Below, piece after piece: positions 26,842 through 39,200 of a stretch of 45,395 nt of DNA (its first letter is position 1; each line of letters starts with the position of its first letter). Source of the DNA: Kudoa neothunni (taxonomy: Eukaryota > Animalia > Cnidaria); assembly GCA_964304625.1 (NCBI GenBank), contig OZ199838.1, forward strand, positions 17,099,322-17,144,716. The letters are read 5' to 3'. The notes beneath the pieces were generated by a model. The model had not been told where the DNA came from. It worked only from the letters and a program-made list of their open reading frames with translations, and searched no databases. The translations under genes and the position numbers were made by a program.

Positions 26842-27300
26842 GCCTGGACAAAATGGCAGAGTGGTGTTAGGTGTGGCTCATATACCTTGAGGTTGCGAGT
26901 TCACGACCTAGTCGGACGGACGTTCATAAACTCCTAATCCGAACTTGAGTGAGAAGGCTGTAGTAAAGTAATCGCAGGGTTCTATGGTTTATATATCGTG
27001 GCCTTGCTTGCAGTTGGGAGTGAGCCTAGCCTGGCGGAAGGGTAGAATTCGGGCGATCATAAACGCCGGGGTTTAGGTATAACTGAAGTCCGCATTCGGA
27101 CGACTTTCCCAAATAATTCTGGGTTAAGTCCAGGGTGGTTGCCCCTGAAACGAGGATGCTTAATGGGTTAAAATCCCACACTACCGCATAAACATAAGTT
27201 GACTTAATAATATGACGTTGTGATCCTTACAGCGTTAATGGAAAAGGTCTAACCAACCCGAACTTCACAACTTAAAAGTTGCGCCAGGGGTTTGATTTGA
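26842..27300 (+). mobile_element. tRNA-headed SINE-like element, copy 1
   Basis: Head gcctggac..tggcagagtgg (A-box-like)..gctcata..gcgagttcacgacc (B-box-like); body colinear with 43687-44190; ends in tttgatttga. Confidence 0.72.
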
Positions 27301-28849
27301 CATTGTAAACAAAAAAATGAATTCTAGATGTTCAATCACGTTTGGATATGCTCCGCATACATCATGAATTACCGACATGTGCCTATATTGCTGTTTGAAT
27401 TTTTTAATACACATATTAATATGATCACACTAGGCCTGTGCTTACGTAAAAAGACATAATAATGATTAAAATTGAAATTTTAAATATTAGATTGACATTT
27501 GTCTCATGTTAGATTATTATACTTAATTCGTCTTGTGTTAAATCTGAATTTATTTAAATTATATTACGAAAGAATTTACGAACTTATTTATCAATCAATC
27601 ATCCCTATGTCGGCAATTGTTACATTTTAATTTTATGAACAATAAAAGTATTTTATTAGAATAGTAATCGAGATTTTATTGTTTATTTATTTATTTATTA
27701 TAATTTATGCTAATTTGGTGATTAAATACAAAAACGTTGATTTTAATGCGTACAAAAATAATAAAACTTATAATTAGGTGTGAAAAATCGATAATTATTA
27801 ATCTATTTTGATCCATTTTTTCGGAGTGAAATAAAGTTTCGCGCGAAATAAACAATAATTGTAAATTATTCAAGAAGCGAAAAGTTTGCTTCCTTATTTC
27901 TTACCAATTTATTCAAACCCTCCATTAGATTAGTTAATAGCTAGGATATCCATAAAATATAAATTTCTACAGTTATCTTAAAAAGTGTGCATTAATCGTA
28001 ATTGACTGTGTTGGTACAATGAGTAATCATATGTACCTTGTTCTCTTATACAAGCGTATCGAATATTGAATATTATACGCCTTATTTTAATTTTCCTGAT
28101 GTGGATTATTCTATAAAATAAATGTTTTAAAAATATCTAAGGCGTGCACAATTATCTATTACCTGAACGAAACACAGGCATTTCCCGGGAGTGGGCATAT
28201 TTAAATTAAAAAGGAATACAGTAAATTATGGATTGTGCTAAGTTGTGCTGTATATAATATCGCAATAAAACTAAAGTAATCAATATTTAGAAAATTTAAC
28301 TCTTACACTATCAACTTGATAACAGTAGTAACATAATACTTCAATTTGATATTAACGAATCTACATTATCAATTGTTTTTATGCATTTATACGTCGTGGG
28401 TAATGAATTTTCTTCATAAAAAGGAGATTATGGCTCGTTTGTTATGATCTTTGTTTCATAACTGCGAAAATTATAGCTTGCACGTCAACAGACGATAAAA
28501 AAATTCTAGATCTATCCTAAAAGTTTAATTAATGAAATATTATCAAAAGAAGCAAGTAAATTAACCGCTAAACTTGAAATAATAACTTTTGACGTAAAAA
28601 CTAGATCTGCCTTTAATACTGTTATAAAAAAAGATTAGTTGTTTTAATATTATAACGACTGTTCTATTTCAAATTAAGCATTCTCGAATCGAGAAAATGT
28701 AGATATTGATCTACAAATGAAAGGGTGGATGGAATTTATGAGAACAAATAAATAGAGGATTCTCAATAAGTTCCTCTCAGTAAAGATGATGAATTCCTTA
28801 TGATGCCTCGTGGTAAATATCTGCATCTACTAATTGGTTTATGGCTTTA

Positions 28850-31346
28850 CTGGGGTTTCCATCCAAATCCGGGGGTTGTGACAATCAACCCCGGACAATA
28901 ATAGAGGTGCTCGAATGTTAAAATTTTACGAACCCTATCTTTTCTAAACATGAAGCCCTTTTTATTTATTTAAATAACTGCAATTTAATTATCTTAAGGA
29001 GACAAAATAATTTTGATAATTTTGGCACTGCAAAACCATTTAAAATTTAAACGAATATTACCATATGACTACAGCCATTAATTCGATCCCTTCTGAACTA
29101 TATTTTTTACAAATATCGTAATTTATAAACGTATTATTGAAAATAGGGTTAAATGTACAAAAATCTTGTTTTGATGCTAATATTTAAATAATTAGATTTT
29201 AATTTTATTAACATAAGTTTATATGATACTTTTACACAAAAATTGTTTAAATATTTTATCAAAGTTATTCTTATAAAAAAGAGTATTTTTAGTTTTGAAA
29301 TTACATTAAAAATGATGTTTAATATGAAGTAGTTATCGAAATATTAACGTGACACGATAATGCTTTTGGTAATATTCGACATGAAAGAGAGACAAAATGG
29401 TGGGTTGAAAAGAACGCAGTAATGACGCTAGAAATATTGCGCTCAACATGATAGTATCCGAATGATGTTCGCTTGCTGAAACAAACAGAAGCACTGGAAT
29501 TCCACGTTCAACTTTGAGTGATATGGTTAAAAAGTATTTTGAAACGGTGAAGCGCACAAAAGGACAAAAGGCGGTGTAATGAATGTTAAACTTAGAGAAA
29601 GCATAGAAAATAAAATACTCGGCCTAATTAATGATGACTGCACGATCACATTACAGTCCATTGTGGATAAAGTAGAGGTAAATGTGTGTGTTACCACTGT
29701 ATGGAGATGATTAAATCAATGGATATTACATTCAAAATGGTGAGAGCTATCCTTAACGTAAACTCTTCTGATGTATAACAGGAGTGAAAAAATTACGCAG
29801 ATTGGTACAAAAACTTATCAATCAACGTAAGATACAACAAAATGGTATTTGTCGATGAGAGCCCGTTTTCCATGCATATATTACGCTCACATGGGCGCTC
29901 GCTATTTGGTACGACTTCAAATCCTATTGTTATGGAACGTAAAGGCCGTAATGTCATCATAATACTTGTCGTAAGCGCGATCAGTGTTGTAGTACATTGT
30001 GAGGTTGTTCAAGGCAGTGTGGATAGTAACATCTTCCAACGGTTTATGTTAAAAATTGAAGAAATACTTTGAGAAGGAAACTTTATTATAGTTATGGATA
30101 ATCTAGGGTTTCATCATTCAAATCCCGATTTTTATAATGAATACCCTTACGAAATAAGGCACCTTCCGAGGTATTCACCTTTTTTGAATCCTTGCGAAGA
30201 GGTATTTTTGAAGATAAAGAATGGAGTGAGATGAAATGGGCCCCTTCAAGGGACAAACGATTTAATTCAACGGATGAAGCGCTCCTATGAGGAATTTCGT
30301 GAACCTACCCTAAAAGCCTTCTTCAAGTATTCGGAATCATTCCTTGGAAGATGCTACACATTAAGTGACATCGATAGAAACTAATTCTATCGATGCTTAT
30401 TTTCTTGTTTGTTACTCATTTCAACATTTTATTTCGCGATTGTTAACTCATTAACGGTTTCAATTTAAGAAAATTATGCAATTCTTCATAATGATGATAT
30501 TTAATAAAAAAGCTTATCCTAAGGGATTAAAATAAATATCAAAATAAAAACGAGAGTCTATATTAAAAATAATTGAAAATTTTGTTGATGGAAAAAATGA
30601 TCTTAAAAATAGCATGTTTAATTGTGACTTGAAATAATAGCAGAATAAAAAATTATTTAACACTGAAAAATTTTTTATTGATGAAATTAATCTAGCAGCG
30701 GTTATGATAAATTAAAATGAAAAATCTCTATATTATAGAATTGAGTTTTAATGAATTTGGCTTTTATTGAAACAAAATTATTGACTATCGATATAATCCT
30801 CACGATTACAATAACGTAAACTTTATTCGAGAAAGGTGTAATTATTTCTTGAATGCTGCATCACGTATTTTGTAGCCACAAAGTGATTATAGAATAAATT
30901 TAATATTATTTTCCCTAGAGGATTTTTTTCAATCAATTGACTTTATTAATTTTTTCAAAGATTAATTTTTACATTAATGTTATAACACTTTGATTCAATG
31001 TAATATTATGTCTAATATCGAAGTATTAAGTTTTTCTAGCCACTGTCTTAAAAACACTTTAAAATACATTTGATAATGTTTATATTTTAGTATTTATCAA
31101 ACCATAATGGACGATGTAAGTTATTTGAATTTATAAATGGTTGAAACAAAATAAATTTTTATTACAAAGATATCTTGTTACTTTTGGTGGGCCGAAAAGA
31201 GAATGCAAGACCTTGATGTGTGGCCAATAAAAAATTTAATGAAAATATTTAAATACTAAAACTATTAAATTTGGTAAAAAATAAAAATTTAATATTTCAA
31301 TTTCGGACCGCCTCTCGCGCTGTCCAGATTTGGATGGAAAACCCGG
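28850..31346 (+). mobile_element. Tc1/IS630-like DNA transposon
   Basis: ~23-bp TIRs c(t/c)ggg(g/t)tttccatccaaatc(c/t)gg flanked by TA at 28848-28849 and 31347-31348. Confidence 0.85.
29381..30384 (+). pseudogene. Tc1/IS630-like DDE transposase with stops and frameshifts (DD32E spacing)
   Basis: HTH region TGIPRSTLSDMVKKY; VFVDES; IVMDNLGFH; LPRYSPFLNPCEEVF. Confidence 0.88.
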
Positions 31347-32388
31347 TAAAAAGACTATAGCGAATTGATCAGCCTTGCTTCGTAATATTAAACACAGCGA
31401 GCTTTTCAATAACATTCAAAAAATATCAATGTTTAAAATTAACCCATAGAAATAGCCAAATTTAATATTTCTTTGAAGCACCATACTTATTATGACGACC
31501 GTAATTGGCGAAAATCTAATAATTATATTTTTCTGGGGAAGGATACACCAATTATGACCAGATATTGTTGGGGTGGTATTCATTTGTGATGCAAACGGAA
31601 ACAATGTAAAACACGCAATATTTGCCTGTGTCACGCTAACCATCGAGCTATCCCGACAATAATCGTTCATATGCTTTCGCACTAGTTATGGCTTAAGGCT
31701 GAGCGTGTGGGATTAACATATATTAACATTTATGTGACCCGGAACCGAAACTTTATGATTTCTTGTTAGCGTCATTCCCTAATTCTCAATTTATGTAAAC
31801 TCTCTTAAAACGCAGTCTAATACTCTATTTTTTGGCCTGTTGGATTTTTAAAAGTCGAATTCTGATCCGGAAAGGAACATGTGTAAACCACTAACTTCCA
31901 TAGAGATAAAAAATAATAGATATAGAGGAAAATTTACGAAAATATTTTGTTATTCATCAAATTTAAGATATCTCTTTTCCGGCATAAATTTTAGTGCATT
32001 TCTCCCGAACCAACAGCCAGCTACAGATCGCTTCAATATCAATATCAACATAAATAATTTATATAATTAGATGAAATAAGAGTACCACTATCTGCATTGA
32101 ATTTAATCACTGAAATTTCATCATAACGGACGATTTCAATTAAATCTAAGGATCGAATGCTCGTGTTATAATGCTTCAATCTGTCTGATTATCGCATGCC
32201 TCTACTATTTCGCTATTAATGATGCGAACATCAATTTTTTGTCACATTTAAAACCATTAGTAGAGACTTCATAGTATGCTTATAAAGTCAAATACATTAA
32301 AACGCCCGAAATAAGGAATGTATTCGCGCAAACATCAAAAAGGCACGCCAGCCTTATACATAAAGATGAATTACATAGTTTTGGTTAA

Positions 32389-33524
32389 CAGTTGCGACTC
32401 GAGTATGGAACTATGGAACTGCAGCACCCCCGGGCACCTTAATATTCATATAATCCTATTCAACTAAGTGTGAATCCGTTAGTATCTACGCGTAAATAAT
32501 TATTCCTTGATAGGTTGAATTTATTAAAATAACTTTTGCAATATTCGTGGGACAAAAAATTATTGTATATCCTACAAACTACAAAACACGATTTTGCATT
32601 TATTATAATAAGACTTATAGGATTACATTATTTGATTTTTAAATGTAATAAGGACAATTAATATTTCTCCACATAAATCCTTGAATCATTACAAATTTTA
32701 ATTTGGATGTTTCATAATAGTATTGAAATACACATATGCCGTGGCAAGTGGAAAGTCTTTATGTTTCTAAATATTTTCTCCTACCCCAATCGCTATACTT
32801 TGTCATAAACATTGTATATCTTCATTATGATAGAGGGCGGATAATGAAAAACTATTTTATATAAAGCCACAAAATTATAAAAATAATCTGTATATCATTC
32901 AACCTAATTAATGTATACACCTTTTTAGGGCGGAGAAAAGATAATTACGATGTTTTTATTAGGTAAATACATCTATACTCTGGAACAGGTAATTCTATGT
33001 TATCTTGATTCATTTTAAGTATACTCCAATTTAAAAGCGTGTTAATAATTCAAAAAAACATCGAAGCGCGAGGCTGAATCATTATTGCTTATGTATTGAC
33101 ACAATGAATATAAGGAGTTCTTTCATTTTAATTATCTGTATAAACATTTAAATTTCATAACTATTACGTTTAATGTTAATAAACCTTTCACTCTACATGA
33201 AAATGCGAAAAATACTTGAAAGTAACTGTTGTACCATAAAGTTCCGGCAAAGGGGAATTTTATCGCAGTACGTGTGCGTATGACATAGAGCCACGTAGAT
33301 ACAATCTACTATACGATTCACACTGTCAGCTGATTTGTGTTGTGTTTTAATCTATAACACGTCGGTTCATATCCTTGTTTTATTGTTATTGCTAAAATTT
33401 CAATTGGTTTAAAAGTAAATGATTATTCCTTCTCCAGGAATTTATTCAATTTTGAACAACGTTTACAAGAATCGTCTAATGCATTGCAGCACCACCCATT
33501 AGTTTAAACTACAAGCCGCCATTG
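32389..33524. mobile_element. Old hAT-type MITE (~1.1 kb, non-coding)
   Basis: Ends cagttgcgactcg / caagccgccattg (degenerate CAGTGGCG TIR); 8-bp TSD ttggttaa/ttggttac; subterminal tgcagcacc motif near both ends. Confidence 0.65.
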
Positions 33525-33538
33525 TTGGTTACGTTTAA

Positions 33539-34051
33539 TGTAACACAAGTTCCGAACCAAGATTCGAACCTGGGTCATTTTCATTAAGAGCCGATGGTGC
33601 CATACCGCACTGCTCTCGATTGCCCATCTATTATGGTGGATTACAACCCTTATAATCCGCGTGTTACATTCCCCGGGCGCTGATGAAGCCTAGCGCTTGT
33701 AACTGAGGAAGGAGATTCGTAGGGAATCTAAGGATATACCGGAGATGTCAGGCGAAATTCTTGCCGAATGACGAAGGCTGGTTGGTTGTCGAGCCTGACG
33801 CGACGCGGTTGCCTTATGAATCTATTTCTGATGACTTATGTCTGATAAGGAAAGAAAGAATTCTTCTGCTAAGAGGAAAGGAGGCTAGTGTTACTAACAA
33901 CCCCTGTCACCAAATGTGACACAAGGTCCGAACTGGAATCGAACCTGGGTTATTTGCATTAAAAATAAGACAGTGGTACCATACCGCACTGCTCTCCATC
34001 GTGCATCCATATGGTCGGCCGGATTACAGCCCTTATAACCCACATGTTACA
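33539..34051 (-). mobile_element. TRIM (miniature non-autonomous LTR retrotransposon) with tRNA-like LTRs
   Basis: Direct repeats 33539-33668 and 33915-34051, both TGT...ACA. On the - strand, PBS TTTGGTGACAGGGG follows the 5' LTR and PPT GGGGAA precedes the 3' LTR. Flanks tttaa/tttga. LTRs contain B box GGTTCGA(A/T)TC. Confidence 0.85.
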
Positions 34052-36261
34052 TTTGATAATGTGTATAAGGTGAAAAGCTAACTTCAACCAATCATCACAA
34101 TGACGTAATCAGTTGTTAATCTTATTGCTGAACCCATGTGATCCGCTTAACAAACTTTAAATCGACAAAATCATTATTTTCCAAATACCTTTTTAACATT
34201 TGGCGGTGTAAAAATAATTTTAAGATTTTTGAAATATGTGATTTTTAAAAAATTTCATAAATGATTTTCTATAAGAAAATATTGTTGTTAAACATGCGTG
34301 CTTATTGACACACATGGACAACATAGATTTATATCGATAGTAGATTTCTGTAGATAATTATTACGTATAGCCACGATATGGGAACGGAGGTATTACAATA
34401 ATGAGATTCCCGGAGAAAATTTTATTTTATTAAAAAAAATGTACAATATAAACCGTTGATTATTTGATTGAAAACTCCTGCTGACATACAGAAATTATTG
34501 CGAGAGTAATACTCTAAGGTAATTCGTTGAGGTATGAATCACGCGATAAATGTACACAACTACAACACAAGAATAAGACTAGTTTTTATGTACGCGTATC
34601 AGCGCTTAACTGCTCATAGCAAATACCATAATTGCTTCAGAAATTATATGGATTTATAAATTTCCCAATCATAAATCAGAGTAAGTTTTTCCTCACCTAA
34701 AGTAGTTGATACTGACAAGGTAACCCTGTCTTTTCTAGCTTGTTAACGAACATCTTTTTCATTTTTTAAACAAAAGAATGAAGGTGTTTCGATTGTAAAA
34801 AAAAAATAGCCTTTCGCCGGAATTAAAAATATTTTCATCCTTATAATTTGTTTATGTTGTAATGGTTTTTTCAATCATTAAAATTTCGACGGCCTTAGCT
34901 TCTCCGTGAAACCCTTTACATTGGAGTCCTGACTTGTCTTCTAATCGCAAAACAAATATCAGTTTGCAGTAAAATTATTTAATACTCCTTCTGTGACCTG
35001 GGAAACTTTTCTATAATGACATGATCAAGGACTTATTTTCCTAAACGTATAAATTTGGAAGCCTGATCATACATTTGGGCACCAAAAAATTAAAATTTTC
35101 CAGATAAAGCCCTTTTTTTTATTACAAACCACAATTCTTCAATTCGGTTCGTTTTTATACATAGGATCCAAAAGCAAATAAACATTAAATTCTTATAAAC
35201 ACATACGAATAAAACTAGACAGCGGAGGGTAAATTTTTGTATTGTTTGTGATTTCTCCCCTGTTAATTTATTAATGAATATACAGAGAAACTATTATCGT
35301 ACATTTTTTATCAATACTGAACTGTTTTGTGGTCATTCTGAAACCTCTCTCTATCCTGTCATTAATCATAAAAGTCCCCCTATGTGAAGTGATTTCGTTA
35401 TAGGAGAGCGTTGTTAGGGTTTAAAATTTTTAAAAATGTACCACGTAGTTATTCTTGTAAATAAAATAAATTTGAATTCGAACATAAATAATGATAAAAT
35501 TAATAATAATTACGTTTGTATTACAACCACGCTATAGTAAGTCATAATACATCCACGTCTTTTTGTCTATGTATCTATGCATTTATATTTATTAATTATT
35601 CATACAATAAGAATTGTTGATAGAAATCTGTGATGAATTCGCGGATTATATGATGAAGTGAGACTATTTTCATTGAGTGGATCTATCTCAATATAAATCC
35701 CATTATTACGTAATTATGGATTATTTCATTAAAACGTTAATTGATTATTTACTCATGTGCAGGTAGAACAGAAATGGTGACGAATTTTCTATTATAATGC
35801 ATTTATTATTAAGCGTGTGAAATTAATTACCTAAAAACCACGATTTTCATAAATTGAACACACAAGTTAATTCATTCGTAATTCCGTATCTAATCACAAA
35901 ATATTTATTCGTCACCGATTTCAAAGAAAAATAACGTTAAAAGTAAATTTGAATTTCATAAAAAATAAATAAGCAAACAAACAAAAATTAAATATCGGTA
36001 GCAAGATACACATATATACGTAATAGAATACATATTATTAATCACAATTGAAAATCATTAATTATATCTACTATTTAACATGTTTAGTATTTGTATAAAA
36101 GAATAAATTGGAATTACTTCAATAGATTCCAATTATAAATAAAACTTGAATAGGTTGAATGAAGTTCTTCGTGTATATAATTCCGATACCATAATAACTT
36201 AATATACGAATTTAACAAACTGGTAAGTAAGGGCCAGAGGACATAGACAAAATTTTGAACC

Positions 36262-39200
36262 ATGTTCACTCATTAATATGTAAACAACATTATTTGTTAG
36301 ATTGACTAATTAGTTGTGTAGACTCCGTGTTATTGGTACAGTGTTATCTAATTCCAATGATGGACTAAACCGTCAAGAAATAACGGAGAAGTGCAACCAA
36401 TATGCTCAAGTAAGGAGAGAGTATTTGATTGCTTTCTCGAAACTGAATAGTCTAATTGAGGATATGGATCCAGAAGTGGCTAATATTCAATCAATGAAGA
36501 GGAGTTATGAATCCAATAAACACCTTGGTGAACCAGAAACTCTATCCAAATTAATTGATATGGACGAAAAAATAAGTATAAAAACCAAAAATACGATTCA
36601 ATAAAAGAATTTAATGCAATTGGCCGCTATCGTCCTAATACTGCTGATTATCCTGGGGCTAAGACATGTTGCGCTGTTGATAAAAATATGCTACTCATAT
36701 TGGGTTAATTGAATTCAAATTGATAAATGAAGTTGAAGTCGAAATTGAGAAGAGTCGTCATATTTAATTAAAACCAATTCAACCGAAAAATTATATATAT
36801 AACAATAGCATTACCAAATGTCGTCTTTTCTATAGAGAGAGGGAAGCTGCTATCGTCTCTTGATGTGTTAAAAGAATCCACAAAAAATTTTAACAACCAT
36901 ATGTCACAAATAAAAAGATTTCCAGAAGATAAAAGATGCAAATTTGACAATATGCAGATGATAGTGGAACCAATTAAAAAATTTTGGAACAACATACTCA
37001 TTACAGTAACAAAATGATAACAGAATTGGTTCCATATTTCGAAAAAATTAAACCTCAGCTGCAAGCTTTTATCACACCGTACAATCCTGAATTCTTCAAA
37101 AGTTATTTAGAAGATCATCCAAATTTCACTACAATTCTAAAACAATATAAATATTGGAAGTGTGTCGGGCGAAAAAGAAAACGATATTCAACGTTTGATA
37201 GCAGATGCAGAAAAAGTTTTGTCATCAACGACACCTTATATCTCAAATGATTTGTCGACTCAATTGACACAAAAAATTAATGAACTAAAAAATATGTAGA
37301 TTCGTTGAAAAATCAAAAATCCCAAATTAAACAAGTTGAAAACAACCGTTCGATAATTAGTCAAAATATGCAAGAATTATCCCAAGTTACCACCGATGCC
37401 AATAACCATATAACATCTATACAAACCCAAGTTGGTGCTTTATAGCAAGAATCGGACAACTCGATTCAATAAAAAACCCGATGAACGTGTGAAAAATGGT
37501 ACAAAAATAAAAGAAGATATCCAAGATTTTTTTGATAGAACAAAACGAATTATTTGAGAGAACTTTAAATTTAAAGTTTAAACAAATGACAAATTTGAAT
37601 CATACCGTTACTGAAATGGTTGAACAATTGCGAACAACTTACAGTAACCTGCAAAATGATAATCAACAAACTTTAACAACCTTTCAGAAACTACAACCCG
37701 AAATTGAAACTCTAACAACAGTACAAATCCCAGAATATCTAGGGCAAATTAATCAAAAAAAAATAGATAAAAATTTCTTCTTTGAAAATCCCTCCAAAAA
37801 ATTGGATGATATTATAGTAAAAAAGAGAACTTGTTAAACATGTTGCTTTCCCGTGAATCCAAAATTGATTCTAACCAATTAAAAACTATAGAAGATAGTT
37901 TGAAATCATTATACCAAACCCTGAAAAAAGTGAAGGAGAATAACGTTAGTTTCAAATCGTCATTCTCCACAAATAAATCCTCATTCCTCAATACTGAAGC
38001 TGATAAAATTACACACCCTGTTTTCCAACTTGGTTGACGCTACCGAAAAAAAAGTAACCGATATGATATCAAGTATTCTGGGTTTAAAATCTAAACTTGC
38101 TGATTTAAATCCGAAATAAACAAGAATAGAGGACTCTTGAATGAAATCAACACACGTTCTCAGAAATTAACCAATGAATATACCAGTATTGAGAAAGTGA
38201 AAACTAGCTTATTAACTAAGAAAAATACAAGGCCTGATCTATTTGACTCGTTGATTTCACAAGAAACTTCAAGTTGAATTTAAGCCTCATAATGACATTA
38301 ACAAACTATCACAAGATATCAACAATTATGAAACATCTTATAAAGCTATTGAACGTACTATTACTGGAAATTCTTGGCGAAATTGGAAACTTGTTGCATT
38401 GAAAGATAATGCCACAAAGAAGTTGAAAATATTAAAAATTTACATAGGAGTATGGTGGAGTCTCTTGGCACTGGATTGCAATTAGTCGAAATCGAGGGTA
38501 AAATTCGTACGAATCCATAAAAATAAAACTCGACAAATTATTTGAAAAATACCGAAAAACACTCAAACAACAAAAAGATGAACTTGAAATAGATCGCGAG
38601 TATTTATATCAAATCCGTTAAACAAGCTAAAGATAAAGTAGATGAAATCAAAAAAATTAGCGATAGTCAAATATTACGCAGCTTCTGGAAGGAAAATACT
38701 CAGTAGATAATAATTTTTTGAATTTCGATAACTTGAATGTTGCTTATGAGAAATCTGTGACTCATGGAGAGACTAAATTGAACAATCTTAACGAAGAATA
38801 TTCTTCAATTTCGACCAATCTTGAAGAGAGCAGTGCCAACTATGGAAGCCACCAAGAGTGTCATTACTAGTCTGCTTGAAAACTATAATACACTTAATAG
38901 TGATAAATCTGCAATATCAAATATTGATGCTGTGACAAGAATTGAAAAAGCAAACGTTGATTTGAAAGAAAAATTTGAATTATTCAAAACTACAACCGAC
39001 GATATGGAACAAAAATTGAAACAATTGTCGGATATGAAAAACACCCTAACTAGTGAGATTGCTGAAGGAGAACAAATTAATGCGAGTATTCCAAAAGCGT
39101 TTCTAGCGAAAAAAATAAACACAAATTCATTCTTGAGAATCTGGATTCACTCAAGGAAAAAAGCATCTAAAATAAAACAAGCTACCATACAACTCAGTGA

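Larger units (their letters stand above)
31355..34344 (-). mobile_element. Old, diverged Helitron copy C carrying a MITE and a TRIM insertion
   Basis: Blocks shared with copy A: ctatagcgaattgatcagccttgctt (3' end), cattcaaaaaatat..ttaaccc, ggatttttaaaagtcgaattctg, acgccagccttata, ctttaaatcgacaaaatca. Homology breaks near 32389 and resumes near 34052. Confidence 0.75.

Noticed and set aside
33766-33800. SECIS-like ATGA...TGA hairpin
   Set aside because: The helix is too short, there is no apical AA, and no upstream selenoprotein gene.
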